Made by a program: the position numbers and the translations under genes. The notes beneath the pieces are model-generated. The model was given only the letters and a program-made list of their open reading frames with translations, did no database searches and was not told the DNA's origin. Of a stretch of 64,000 nucleotides of DNA, positions 17,829 through 27,595 are shown piece by piece. The stretch's first letter is position 1. Each line of letters begins with the position of its first letter. The stretch is from an uncultured Gammaproteobacteria bacterium. GTDB taxonomy: Bacteria; Patescibacteriota; Microgenomatia; Levybacterales; GWA1-39-11. The stretch is taken from NCBI GenBank assembly GCA_964651815.1, contig CAZYWG010000006.1, forward strand, positions 23,259-87,258, written 5' to 3'.

Positions 17829-18929
17829 TTATTCTTGCACTCTTACTGGCATTATTATGTGGACGTAGTCTGGGTCGTCCGTGGTCTTAAAAAGTGCAGG
17901 CTCAACTCCGCTTGACAACTCCATCTCAACATTTTTACTTGAGAGAGTTTTTAAAACATCGTTTAAAAATTTAACATTAAACGCAATTTCATTTTCCTCA
18001 CCCTCAATTTCTGCTTCCAACGTTGCCTCCCCTTCTCCAAGGCTTGCGGCACTAGATAAGATCTTTATTTCATGTTCAAGAACCATAATTTTAATAATAT
18101 TAGCGGCTTCTCTGGCAAAGACGGAAGATAGCCTTATTTTTTGTAAAAACTCTTCCCTATCAACGGTCGCGCGAGTTTTATTTGTTTTTGGGATTACCCT
18201 TTCATAATTTGGAAAATCCCCGTTTATTAACCTCCCTATCAAGATTGTGTCCTCAGTTTCAAATATAACTTGATTTGATTTTTTATAAATGTACATTTTG
18301 ATTATTTCATCCTTTAAAGAAAGCGCTTCGGCAATAATTTTAGAAGGTAAAATAAGAGTATCGCCTTCTTCAAGAATTTTTTTGTTTTTTATCTTTTTTA
18401 AAGATAGTCTAAAACCGTCAGTTGCAACAAAATCTATACTCTCTTCTTTTTGTGAGATTAATATTCCTGTTAATTCCGGCCTTGCCTCATCAAGCGATAC
18501 TGCAAAAATTATTTTTGCAAATATTTGTTTTAATTCATCCGTTTTAAAAGCATATATCTCTTCTCCTTTTTCTTCAAAAAGCGTAGGAAATTCCTCTTTT
18601 GATATTGTTTGAAAAACTACTTTATTTCCTCGTCCTAAAAGCGTTAATTTTTCTTTTTCTAAAGATATGCTAACTTTGTCTTTTGGAAATGACGACAAAG
18701 CTTCTAAGAATTGTTTCCCTGGTACTGTTGTTGCGCCTGTCTCTTCTACTTTTGCCGGTATTTTTATTCTTATTCCTATTTCAAGGTTAGTTGAAGAAAT
18801 AAAAAGCCCTGAGTCTTGTGCTTCTATTAAAAGGTTAGCAAGTACTGGGATTTGGGAGTGGATAGGTAATATCTTAGAAATGATTGGTAAAAATCGCTCA
18901 ACATTTTCTATAAGAAACTCTGCTTTCAT
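17829..18929 (-). CDS. dnaN: DNA polymerase III beta clamp
   Basis: STNLEIG, ARPELTG, VATDGFRLS, GDFPNY, IAFNVKFL, IIMPVR. Confidence 0.97.
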   Translation of the reverse strand: MKAEFLIENVERFLPIISKILPIHSQIPVLANLLIEAQDSGLFISSTNLEIGIRIKIPAKVEETGATTVPGKQFLEALSSFPKDKVSISLEKEKLTLLGRGNKVVFQTISKEEFPTLFEEKGEEIYAFKTDELKQIFAKIIFAVSLDEARPELTGILISQKEESIDFVATDGFRLSLKKIKNKKILEEGDTLILPSKIIAEALSLKDEIIKMYIYKKSNQVIFETEDTILIGRLINGDFPNYERVIPKTNKTRATVDREEFLQKIRLSSVFAREAANIIKIMVLEHEIKILSSAASLGEGEATLEAEIEGEENEIAFNVKFLNDVLKTLSSKNVEMELSSGVEPALFKTTDDPDYVHIIMPVRVQE

Positions 18930-19061
18930 ATATTATTTGTAATAGTAGTAGCAGTAGTATATGTGGAGAAGTGGAATAAAGCAAGAACGCGTGCGTGAGA
19001 AAATGTGGAAAACCGGGTGATAACTTTGTGTATAGCTTGTTGATAAGTAATATTCGTCATT
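18930..19061. other. Replication origin oriC (dnaA-dnaN intergenic)
   Basis: DnaA-trio run TAA TAG TAG TAG CAG TAG (18940-57); DnaA-box-like TGTGGAGAA (18962), GTGGAATAA (18971), TGTGGAAAA (19004), TGTGTATAG (19027), TGTTGATAA (19038). Confidence 0.8.
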
Positions 19062-20396
19062 TTACCTGGCAAATTCTTCATTTATCTTCCTTTTTATAAA
19101 CGAGATTTCCTCACGGGTTTTGTCCGATGAATCCACATTTTTCTTTATTTTTTCCACACCATGCATAACGGTTGAATGATCACGTCCACCAAGTAGATTC
19201 CCTATTTCAACAAAAGTTAACCCCGCCTCCTCTTTTAATAAAAACATACAGATATGTCTTGGGCCAACAAGGTATGAATCTCGCCTCTCCCCTTTAAGCT
19301 GGGTTGTTTTAATATTGTAGAATGTGCAAATTGCAGAAATTATTGTGTCGGGCCTAAGCATTACATGTGTTTGCTTATTTTTTTCAAGGAGCGGTAGAAC
19401 AAGCTCAATATCAATTGTTTCACCTTGATGGTTTGCAGATGCAAGTTTTAATAAAAATCCTTCAAGAGCCCGCGCGTCTTCAATTTTTTCAGCAACTGCT
19501 TTTGCCGACTCCAACGACATTTCCATTCCGTACTTTCTGCTTTTAATAACAAGAATCGCGCACCTAAGTTCAAAGTCTGGCGGCTCAATATCAACTGACA
19601 ACCCTCCTTCAAATCTTGAGGCAAGACGTGCCTCTATTTTTTTTATTTCCGACGGTGGTCTGTCTGAAGAAAATACAATTTGGCTTCCGCGGTCAACGAG
19701 CGTGTTGAATGTATGGAAGAGCTCTTCCTGCACTTTTTCTTTTCCTGCAAGAAATTGTATGTCATCAAGCAGTAAGAGATTAACGTTCCTGAATTTTTTC
19801 CTTAATTCACCGGTTGCTTTCTCCATGATTGCCTCAACTACCTCATTTGTAAATTCTTCAGTAGTCATATAGAGAATTTTAAAGTTTTCACTTTCATCAA
19901 AAGCCTTATTTGCAATTGCGTTCATAAGGTGGGTTTTTCCAACCCCAACCGTACCATAAAGAAAAAGCGGGTTATATTTGCTTCCGGGGTCTGAGGCAAC
20001 GGTTAGCGCTGCAGTGTAGGCAAGTTGATTACTTGCTGACACTGCAAGCGACTCAAAGGTGTAGTCACTCCTTATTCTGGGTGGCCTTATTTTTGAGTGA
20101 GACGCGAGGTCTTTTACAAAAAGGGGACCTGGAGTGTCTATAACCTTTTTTTGTGGCATTCCGGAAGACAGAAAAACAAGGCTAACATTCTGTCCAGTTT
20201 TCTTGTCAATGATCCTTTTAATAAGTGAATAATATCTTTCTTCTATATATTTTCCGGCCATTGGGGTGTGGGAATTAATTGTTGCTACGGAATTATTAAT
20301 TGAGGCAAGCTTTGCAGGTTTGAAAAAACCCAAGAAAACCGGCTTTGAGACCTCGAGTTCAATTTCAGCTAAAACTTGTTTCCAAAGTTCATCCAT
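19062..20396 (-). CDS. dnaA: Chromosomal replication initiator DnaA
   Basis: YNPLFLYGTVGVGKTHL, LLLDDIQF, SDRPP, GGRDHSTVMHG. Confidence 0.98.
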   Translation of the reverse strand: MDELWKQVLAEIELEVSKPVFLGFFKPAKLASINNSVATINSHTPMAGKYIEERYYSLIKRIIDKKTGQNVSLVFLSSGMPQKKVIDTPGPLFVKDLASHSKIRPPRIRSDYTFESLAVSASNQLAYTAALTVASDPGSKYNPLFLYGTVGVGKTHLMNAIANKAFDESENFKILYMTTEEFTNEVVEAIMEKATGELRKKFRNVNLLLLDDIQFLAGKEKVQEELFHTFNTLVDRGSQIVFSSDRPPSEIKKIEARLASRFEGGLSVDIEPPDFELRCAILVIKSRKYGMEMSLESAKAVAEKIEDARALEGFLLKLASANHQGETIDIELVLPLLEKNKQTHVMLRPDTIISAICTFYNIKTTQLKGERRDSYLVGPRHICMFLLKEEAGLTFVEIGNLLGGRDHSTVMHGVEKIKKNVDSSDKTREEISFIKRKINEEFAR

Positions 20397-20443
20397 AAAG
20401 AGGCATAAAATGAGCAGAAAAAATTAGTACCAAAGTATACGAA

Positions 20444-20452
20444 TGTGGATAA
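20444..20452. promoter_or_regulatory. Perfect DnaA box upstream of dnaA
   Basis: TGTGGATAA is the reverse complement of TTATCCACA; one-mismatch TATGGATAA at 20492-20500. Confidence 0.75.
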
Positions 20453-20492
20453 CTTTTTGTCAAGAGTCGTTTTATTGCTATACTCTATCAAT

Positions 20493-20648
20493 ATGGATAA
20501 TTTTGAAGAAATAAGCGGAGACGTTAGGAGTGTCTTGAATATGCCTCTTCAGAATTGTCCAAAATGCGGAGAGATAATTGGTGCATTTTCAGGAGGACGC
20601 GACGCCGTCTGCCAAAACTGCGGCTATAAAGACCCTTGCTGCGAATGA
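20493..20648 (+). CDS. Small zinc-ribbon protein
   Basis: CPKC...CQNC...CC; ATG at 20493 or 20541 (the latter preceded by AGGAG). Confidence 0.6.
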   Translation: MDNFEEISGDVRSVLNMPLQNCPKCGEIIGAFSGGRDAVCQNCGYKDPCCE

Positions 20649-20674
20649 TTTAGTCTTAGACTATAATATGATTT

Positions 20675-23068
20675 ATGAGAATAGGTTTTTTCACAGACGG
20701 ATTTTTACCTCAGCCAAATGGCGTTGCAACATCAGTTTCTGAGACTGCTTATGAGTTAGAACGGCGGGGACATGAAGTATATATTATTGCTCCCAAATAT
20801 CCTGGATTTGTTGACCAAAACCCGCACGTTATAAGACTTACCTCTTTTAGCATACATAAGCCTACAAAAACACGGTTTGTTTTAAGTCTTCCGGATAAGT
20901 CATTGCGTAAAATTCTCTCAATGGATTTTGACATAATTCATGGGCATAGCGGGGGTTCTGTAACGCTACTCGGGTGGGAGATTTCACGCGCCAAAAAGAT
21001 TCCTTTTGTTGCAACCTATCATACGCTTTGGAATAGGTATACACACTATTTTTTGAAAGGAAAAGTTGTTACTCCAAAAATGATGGAACAAGCAACTAAA
21101 ATTTTTGGAAACAGGGTGGATTTTTTGATCGCGCCAACTCCCCGCGTTGAAAAAGAATTAACACGCTACGGCGTTAAACGTCCCATAAAGGTAGTGCCTT
21201 CTGGAATTGACGTAGAAAAATTTAAAAATGCAAAGCCGGGGTTTTTAAGAACCAAATTGCGCCTTTCTGAAAACACACCAATCCTTTTATATGTGGGGAG
21301 GCTTGGGCACGAGAAATCGGTCGATTTCATTTTGAGAAGTTTTAAAAAAATTGTAGAACACGATTCAAGCACTCATTTTGTAATTGTGGGGGACGGCGTT
21401 GATAGGAAAAAGCTTGAAGCGCTTAGCCGCCGCCTGAAGGTCTCAGAAAATACCCATTTTTTTGGAGATGTAAAAAGTACCGATATCCAAAAAGTTTATG
21501 CAGACGCAACAGTTTTTGTATTTGCCTCAACAACAGAGACGCAGGGGCTTGTTGTGCCTGAAGCGCTTGCCGCAGGCGTCCCTGTTGTCACAATTGATGA
21601 CCCGGCTTTTGAATGTGTTGAAAATGGGAAAAACGGATACAGGGTTGGAGAAAATGAAGAGGAATTTGCTCTGAAAACGCTTTCAATAATAGAGAACAAG
21701 GATTTAAGAGCAGAGCTTTCAAGGTATGCAAGTCAAAGCGCTGAAAATTTGTCTGTCAAAAAAACAGTAGATAGTCTTGAGCAGATTTATTTTTCTCTTT
21801 TTGAGAAAAGTAACAAAGAAAGTGTCGCGCGTATAATGTCAACAAATGCAAGAAATGAAGCAGTATTTAGTATTTCAGCCACATTTTGGGTAACAGTTAT
21901 CTTGACGCGTCTTTTGACTCTCTTAAACCACAATAATTTATATCCTAAAATAAATATGTTTAATCAATCTTTTTACCAATCAACGGCCGGTTTTATATTA
22001 ATTCTTTTATTTCTTGCACTTTTTGTGCGCAGACGCAACATTAGCGGTTTGTCGGTTCTAGCACTCGGGGTGGGCGCCGGGCTCGTTTTAAATGAAGCAT
22101 GGTCTATTATTTTTAGCCATGCGGTTTATCTTGATTATTGGAATATATTTAATTTTCTCCCGATATTTTTGGCTGGAATTCTCCCGGTGCTTTTCTTCCA
22201 TGACAAAGTAAATGACAGGCCAAAGTTTTATATAGGGACACGCCAGTTAAAGCATATAAATCCTGAAAAGCCGCGAGTCACGGTTGTTGTCCCTGCATAT
22301 AACGAAGCGGAATTTATTGTGCCTACTCTCAAAAGCTTAATTAACCAAACTTATCAGGAATTTGAACTAATAGTAGTTGATAACAATTCAACGGATTCTA
22401 CGGCTGAAGTTGCCGCTGAATATGGTGCTCGTGTGGTCGTTCAAAAAATAAAAGGGGTGGCGGCGGCCAGGCAAGCTGGGTTTTTTGAAGCGAAAGGCGA
22501 AATAATTGTGTCTACAGACGCAGATTCTGTCATTCCGGAAAACTGGCTCGAGCAAATTATTAAAAGATATGATCAAAATGAAAATCTTGTTGGATTTGGA
22601 GGCCTAAGCCTTTTATACTCGGGCGCCGTGTCGGCCCGCGCTGCGGGACGCTATTTATTCCCTCTTTTTTGGCAAGTAGATAAAATTCTCTCAGGCGGTT
22701 GGAATATGGCTGGGTTTAATATGTCTGTCAGGAAAAATGCATTCTTAAAAATTGGTGGATTTAACGCCGACCTTAAAATGGGAGAAGACATAGACCTTTC
22801 GCAGAACCTTAGAAAGGTTGGGACTGTTGAAATAGATCCAGAGCTTATTGCTTATGCCTCAGGACGCCGGTTTGCAGATGGTCTTACCCCGGGCCTTATG
22901 ATATACGGTCCGTGGTGGGTATCAAAAGTTATACTGAGGCGGGAAAAGCCGTTTGAGTTCCCAGCAGTTAGAAGCGAAAAATCAAAAAATTCAGCTACTG
23001 GCTTTTTGCCAATTTCATTTGCAATAGTGCTGCTCTCCTTAATGTTCTATATAGCAAATGCAATTTAA
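20675..23068 (+). CDS. GT4 - membrane domain - GT2 fusion glycosyltransferase
   Basis: GT4: PQPNGVATS, YVGRLGHEK, ETQGLVVPEALAAG; about 4 TM; GT2: VVPAYNE, VVDNNSTD, TDAD, GEDIDL. Confidence 0.9.
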   Translation: MRIGFFTDGFLPQPNGVATSVSETAYELERRGHEVYIIAPKYPGFVDQNPHVIRLTSFSIHKPTKTRFVLSLPDKSLRKILSMDFDIIHGHSGGSVTLLGWEISRAKKIPFVATYHTLWNRYTHYFLKGKVVTPKMMEQATKIFGNRVDFLIAPTPRVEKELTRYGVKRPIKVVPSGIDVEKFKNAKPGFLRTKLRLSENTPILLYVGRLGHEKSVDFILRSFKKIVEHDSSTHFVIVGDGVDRKKLEALSRRLKVSENTHFFGDVKSTDIQKVYADATVFVFASTTETQGLVVPEALAAGVPVVTIDDPAFECVENGKNGYRVGENEEEFALKTLSIIENKDLRAELSRYASQSAENLSVKKTVDSLEQIYFSLFEKSNKESVARIMSTNARNEAVFSISATFWVTVILTRLLTLLNHNNLYPKINMFNQSFYQSTAGFILILLFLALFVRRRNISGLSVLALGVGAGLVLNEAWSIIFSHAVYLDYWNIFNFLPIFLAGILPVLFFHDKVNDRPKFYIGTRQLKHINPEKPRVTVVVPAYNEAEFIVPTLKSLINQTYQEFELIVVDNNSTDSTAEVAAEYGARVVVQKIKGVAAARQAGFFEAKGEIIVSTDADSVIPENWLEQIIKRYDQNENLVGFGGLSLLYSGAVSARAAGRYLFPLFWQVDKILSGGWNMAGFNMSVRKNAFLKIGGFNADLKMGEDIDLSQNLRKVGTVEIDPELIAYASGRRFADGLTPGLMIYGPWWVSKVILRREKPFEFPAVRSEKSKNSATGFLPISFAIVLLSLMFYIANAI

Positions 23069-24049
23069 TTAGTCCAGATTTTTGTAAACAACAACAAGAA
23101 GAGAAATAAACGGTATTGCTAGAAGCGCACCTATAATACCAAGTAGTTTACCCCCGGTAATAATCGCAAGTATGATAACAATCGGATTGAGTCCAACAGC
23201 CCGTTGCATAACTCGAGGTACAACCACGTGGTTTTCAATTAGCTGAATAAAAACATAAGAGATTCCAACAGCCCCAGCCATAGTAAGAGAAATATTAAAA
23301 GCGACAATAAGTGCTGGAATTGCAGAAATAATAGGTCCAATTGTTGGGACAAGCTCAAAAACTCCAGCAATAACAGCCAATGGCAGCGCAAATTCTATGC
23401 CAAGTACAGTTAACACAAACCACGTAAGCATTCCAATTACAAATGACAAAACAATTTGTCCTCTTAGCCAGCTACCTAGCTTATCTTCCACTAAAACAGT
23501 TGTCCGTTTTACTTTTTCTGCGCTTTTTTTTGGGAAAAGAGTGACAAAGCTACGCCTAACCGTTTCGCGATATAAAAGAAGATAGAAAGATATTGCAAAA
23601 ACACTAATGATTGAAAAAATACTCCCAAAAATTTTGCTAGTAATTGATAATGCGCCGCTACCTATATTATTAATCTCTGAAGCAGCAAATGTTGTAAGTT
23701 GACTGGCGTCAATTGCCACTCCAAGAAGCTTTGCCTCGCGGTATAGATAGGCAGGAAAGGACGAGAGTAAAAGTTGAATTTGTGATATTAAAAATGGCAA
23801 AAGCGAAAGAATTACCACAAAAATCAAAGCGACACTTATGAAGTATGGAATAGCCGCAGCAAAAGCTCTTGGCACTCTCTTTTTTTCAAGGAAATTAGAA
23901 TAAGGTTCAATTGCAGCCATAAGAATATACGCCACAAAAAAAGCAATAAGCACATCCCTGACTTCAATAACAAGCCAAGTAGCGGCAATAACTAAAAGCG
24001 CTGTTAGTATTTGATTTTGAAATATGTATTTGGCCAGCCGTTTTCTCAC
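23069..24049 (-). CDS. AI-2E family transporter
   Basis: WLRGQ, LVPTIGP, QLIENHVVVPRVM...GLNP, GALLAIP. Confidence 0.9.
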   Translation of the reverse strand: MRKRLAKYIFQNQILTALLVIAATWLVIEVRDVLIAFFVAYILMAAIEPYSNFLEKKRVPRAFAAAIPYFISVALIFVVILSLLPFLISQIQLLLSSFPAYLYREAKLLGVAIDASQLTTFAASEINNIGSGALSITSKIFGSIFSIISVFAISFYLLLYRETVRRSFVTLFPKKSAEKVKRTTVLVEDKLGSWLRGQIVLSFVIGMLTWFVLTVLGIEFALPLAVIAGVFELVPTIGPIISAIPALIVAFNISLTMAGAVGISYVFIQLIENHVVVPRVMQRAVGLNPIVIILAIITGGKLLGIIGALLAIPFISLLVVVYKNLD

Positions 24050-24102
24050 ACGGCAATTATAACATTATAGGATGTAAAGAGCAATTGGTGTATAATAAAT
24101 TA

Positions 24103-24711
24103 GTGGACAAGATTTTGATTCTTGACATAGACGGAACACTTTTTAATTCTAACCGTTTTGGAGAGCAGATTCGCGCCGAATTTATTAAGATACTCGGAAT
24201 TGAGGAAGATGATTTAGTAAGGACAATTGCCGACTATTATGCAGCGCTTGAACACTACTCCGATTTTAACCCAAGAGAAATAACTGACTTTGTTTCTAAG
24301 CGCTATTCTGTAGATCGCGCGTTACTTGACGAGGTTTTCTGGGGGGAAGATGTGATTTATAGAGAATCATTATATTCTGAAACAGTTGACGTTCTTAAAA
24401 AACTTTCAGGAAATAAAACGCTCGGGATCTTCTCACAAGGCAACCAAGAATTACAAGAAAGAAAATTAACGGCAGCAGGAATTATTAAGTTTTTTGACCC
24501 CGGATATATTTTTGTCCACGCAAGAAAGCTTTCGGATGAAGCAATAGCAATTCTGCCGCGCGCCTCAACTGTAATTGACGATAATCATGATGTAGCCGTC
24601 ACTATCTCCTCGTTTGTTAACTCAATCTGGATAAACAGACGAACTGAAGATAAGGATTCCCAAGTCAAAACAATCCACAATTTGAATGAGTTAATAGCAA
24701 ATAGTAAATAG
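24103..24711 (+). CDS. HAD-superfamily hydrolase
   Basis: LDIDGTLF motif I, IFSQG, VIDD; GTG start 6 nt after TATAAT (24091-96). Confidence 0.8.
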   Translation: MDKILILDIDGTLFNSNRFGEQIRAEFIKILGIEEDDLVRTIADYYAALEHYSDFNPREITDFVSKRYSVDRALLDEVFWGEDVIYRESLYSETVDVLKKLSGNKTLGIFSQGNQELQERKLTAAGIIKFFDPGYIFVHARKLSDEAIAILPRASTVIDDNHDVAVTISSFVNSIWINRRTEDKDSQVKTIHNLNELIANSK

Positions 24712-24712
24712 T

Positions 24713-25534
24713 TTATTTTTTGCCAACCACAACCCACATGGCTTTACCTTCTATTAAATCGTCGACATTTAAGCCTGCTTTTGTAAACTCTTCCGCTATC
24801 TCATCACGAGTAAAACGGTGAGAAGTAAATACTCTTTTTCCGTTAACGTGTATAGCTACGTCGTGATTTTTTTGATCATACCAGAATTGTGGCATAGCAT
24901 GGTGCTCATCCATAACAGAGTCCCAAAAAAAGCTATATCCTGCATACTCAATAATTTCTGCTAGCAAGTTATTGTCGTTTGGATTTAGGGTCTGGAGATG
25001 GTCCGATTTTTTAATACGACTTGCAAGTTTAACATGCTGGGTTCTTTTGTATACTGAAATAATAACGCGATCATCCGGCTTCATTACCGAATGAACATTC
25101 CTTAATGCGAGAATTCTTTCACTCTTACTGAAGTTCCCAAACGTGTTAATTAATGACAGATAAATTAATGGATTATTAGCATTTTCCTTCGCGATTTTTT
25201 GAGAATACTTTGGTTTAAACAAATCATCAACGTAAAGCTCTACTTCGTGGCTGCATTTATTGGCTACCTTTTGACAGAAATCAATCATAACGGGGGAATA
25301 GTCTATTCCAATTATCTTTGCTACATTTTTTAATTTATCTATCCATGCTAATTCTCTACCTGTTCCAATACCTAGGTCTACTAAAACTTTTTCTTTCTGA
25401 GGCGCAAATGATTCTATAACACCCACCACAATTTTTTCATCAACAACTCCGGAGGCTCCTTTGGTTGCTTCTTCGTGGTATTCTTGAGGCATTTTAGTGT
25501 GAAACCAAAACGCTTTGTGGTTATTCGTTGTCAT
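24713..25534 (-). CDS. Class I SAM-dependent methyltransferase
   Basis: VDLGIGTGRE, IGIDYSPVM, NTFGNF; ATG 25534 overlaps the upstream gene end. Confidence 0.8.
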   Translation of the reverse strand: MTTNNHKAFWFHTKMPQEYHEEATKGASGVVDEKIVVGVIESFAPQKEKVLVDLGIGTGRELAWIDKLKNVAKIIGIDYSPVMIDFCQKVANKCSHEVELYVDDLFKPKYSQKIAKENANNPLIYLSLINTFGNFSKSERILALRNVHSVMKPDDRVIISVYKRTQHVKLASRIKKSDHLQTLNPNDNNLLAEIIEYAGYSFFWDSVMDEHHAMPQFWYDQKNHDVAIHVNGKRVFTSHRFTRDEIAEEFTKAGLNVDDLIEGKAMWVVVGKK

Positions 25535-26132
25535 CTTGAAGCACGGTTTTTTCTTTTTGAAAGATAATCTTTGGATTAGGTGCAGCAATTGGGTCAAATA
25601 TCCACTCCTCTTTCCATTCTACAGGAGTAAATGACCAGGCTTTAGATATCCAGCCTTGTTTAGAAGCTCTAGTAAAAAAATCAACTAATTGATTCTGAGA
25701 TTTTGTTGACACGACGAGCATTATATCCCACTCGTTACCTTGCAATATATATGCATGACGAATTATGTCGATATTCATCTCTTTTTCAACTTCTTTAAGT
25801 CCCGTTAAATAATCTTTAGTTACCCATCCAACGGGAAATTTTGTTTCCATTCCAATAACTGGGGGTTGAATAGCAGCTTTAACTAAAACTATGTAATATC
25901 CGTCCCAAACCTTAACCTGATCCAAAATTGAAACGCGATCTTTGAGGAGAATTTTCTTTTCTCGGAGACTTTTTATTCGATTTTTTGCTTCTGTTGCATC
26001 AATCCCCACTTTTTTTGCGAGTGCTTCATATTCTTGTTCTGAAAACTCTTTTTCTTTTGCGAGTTCCCACATTATTTCAACATCTTTTTTATCAACACTT
26101 GCCTCGGTCAATTTTCTATAAATACTTGCCAT
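25521..26132 (-). CDS. Lrp/AsnC-like transcriptional regulator
   Basis: DKKDVEIM...LAKKVGIDATEAKNRIKSLREKKIL HTH; C-terminal YILQGNEWDIML RAM-like motif. Confidence 0.6.
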   Translation of the reverse strand: MASIYRKLTEASVDKKDVEIMWELAKEKEFSEQEYEALAKKVGIDATEAKNRIKSLREKKILLKDRVSILDQVKVWDGYYIVLVKAAIQPPVIGMETKFPVGWVTKDYLTGLKEVEKEMNIDIIRHAYILQGNEWDIMLVVSTKSQNQLVDFFTRASKQGWISKAWSFTPVEWKEEWIFDPIAAPNPKIIFQKEKTVLQDDNE

Positions 26133-26189
26133 GATTTGGATTATACTACTCTAGAAGTTAAGTTCAAATGCCTCTGCTATAATCTGACT

Positions 26190-26666
26190 ATGGTAATTTT
26201 GGGGATTGATCCGGGGATTGGCAGAACTGGTTGGGGAATAATTGACAAACAGGGTTCAAAAACAAAATCGTTAGGCTATGGATGCATTGAAACTGAAGCA
26301 GGACTTCCTTTAGAAAGACGCCTCCAAATAATTTGCGAAGAACTCGTTAAGATAATAAAAAAACACAAACCACATATGATGGGTATCGAAGATCTTTTCT
26401 TCAATACGAATGCCAAAACTGCCTTAATTGTTGGACAAGCTCGGGGAGCAATTATTGTTACGGCAGTGGGTCTTGGTTTGGAAATATTTTCCTACACTCC
26501 CCTTCAGGTTAAGACAGCAGTGACGGGATACGGACGAGCAGAAAAAGCGCAAATGGGGAAAATGGTAAAGATGCTTTTAAATTTGCCGGAAATACCAAAA
26601 CCTGATGATACGTGTGACGCGCTAGCCTGCGCGCTAGCCTGCGCGTTTTCTAGGAAGAACATTTAG
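26190..26666 (+). CDS. ruvC: Holliday junction resolvase RuvC
   Basis: ILGIDPG, IEDLFF, YTPLQVK, KPDD..DALA; ATG 6 nt after TGCTATAAT. Confidence 0.96.
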   Translation: MVILGIDPGIGRTGWGIIDKQGSKTKSLGYGCIETEAGLPLERRLQIICEELVKIIKKHKPHMMGIEDLFFNTNAKTALIVGQARGAIIVTAVGLGLEIFSYTPLQVKTAVTGYGRAEKAQMGKMVKMLLNLPEIPKPDDTCDALACALACAFSRKNI

Positions 26667-27061
26667 GGCTTAAGCAGGGGTATAAAATTTGCATCTGACT
26701 CGGGTCCAAGCCCCAGAGCTGAGAGGATTACATTTACCATAACAAAAAAAGCGGCAGTAGCCAAAAATCCCACAATACCAAAAATAAGCTTCTGTTTTGC
26801 ACTGCTTTGTTTCACTCTGTCTCCTCTCGATAAAACCAGCTGAAAAATTCCCATTAAAATTAGTAATATCGATGAGAGAAATCCAAAAACAATGATCGCT
26901 TCCAGAAAAAAGTAAATTAGATAGTCGTAACCTAAGGACGTATCCGGCATAGTTATTTGGTCAGGAGGTGTTGCAACGTAGTCAGTCGATTTTAAAACGT
27001 CAGCATGGGCTGGCAAAGCAAAAAGCAGGAATAAAGGGAAAGTTAATAGAGCCTTTTTCAT
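26663..27061 (-). CDS. VirB2/TrbC-like pilin with signal peptide
   Basis: ALPAHA signal; GIFQLVLSRGDRVKQSSAKQKLIFGIVG. Confidence 0.8.
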   Translation of the reverse strand: MKKALLTFPLFLLFALPAHADVLKSTDYVATPPDQITMPDTSLGYDYLIYFFLEAIIVFGFLSSILLILMGIFQLVLSRGDRVKQSSAKQKLIFGIVGFLATAAFFVMVNVILSALGLGPESDANFIPLLKP

Positions 27062-27063
27062 AA

Positions 27064-27534
27064 TTATTGCCCAAACTCACTGAGGTTTGGAACACAGAGG
27101 CTGAGAGGTGAAGCTCCAATCCCAAACGCAGTATTCACAACATTAACTAATATAAAAATAACAAATATCAACCCGAGGGTAATTAAACCTGCAAAAATAC
27201 GATTTTTTGCGCTCCGCGATTTTTGTTTATCTTTTCTGAATTTTATCCACATGAAAACGCCAGTTAAAATAAAGACTAAAGATGAAAGAGAAATAGCCGT
27301 TGCAAACACCTCAAATAAAAGATTTAAAACAGTGTATGTGAGAGAATAGTGATATACATTACATGGTGAAGAATGGCCACTCATTAACAAAGACAATAGA
27401 GACATGAGATAGAGAGGCAAAGTGATTACGGGTGTTATTGTAAACATATTTGTTTTTTTCCAAAAAACAAAAACAATAACCATGGTCAACAAAGCAAGCA
27501 ACCCGATAATAACCGCGGAATTTAAAGTTTCCAT
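27064..27534 (-). CDS. Divergent pilin-like membrane protein
   Basis: GVFMWIKFRKDKQKSRSAKNRIFAGLITL; two extra N-terminal TM segments. Confidence 0.65.
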   Translation of the reverse strand: METLNSAVIIGLLALLTMVIVFVFWKKTNMFTITPVITLPLYLMSLLSLLMSGHSSPCNVYHYSLTYTVLNLLFEVFATAISLSSLVFILTGVFMWIKFRKDKQKSRSAKNRIFAGLITLGLIFVIFILVNVVNTAFGIGASPLSLCVPNLSEFGQ

Positions 27535-27595
27535 AACTTAAGATTACCAGTATTAAATTTTGCAATCAAGACGCTGTGATATAATCTTTCTACTA

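Noticed and set aside
26619-26645. 12-bp tandem repeat GCGCTAGCCTGC x2 in ruvC as a phase-variation site
   Set aside because: In frame, only two copies, and the protein keeps normal length at the DALA motif
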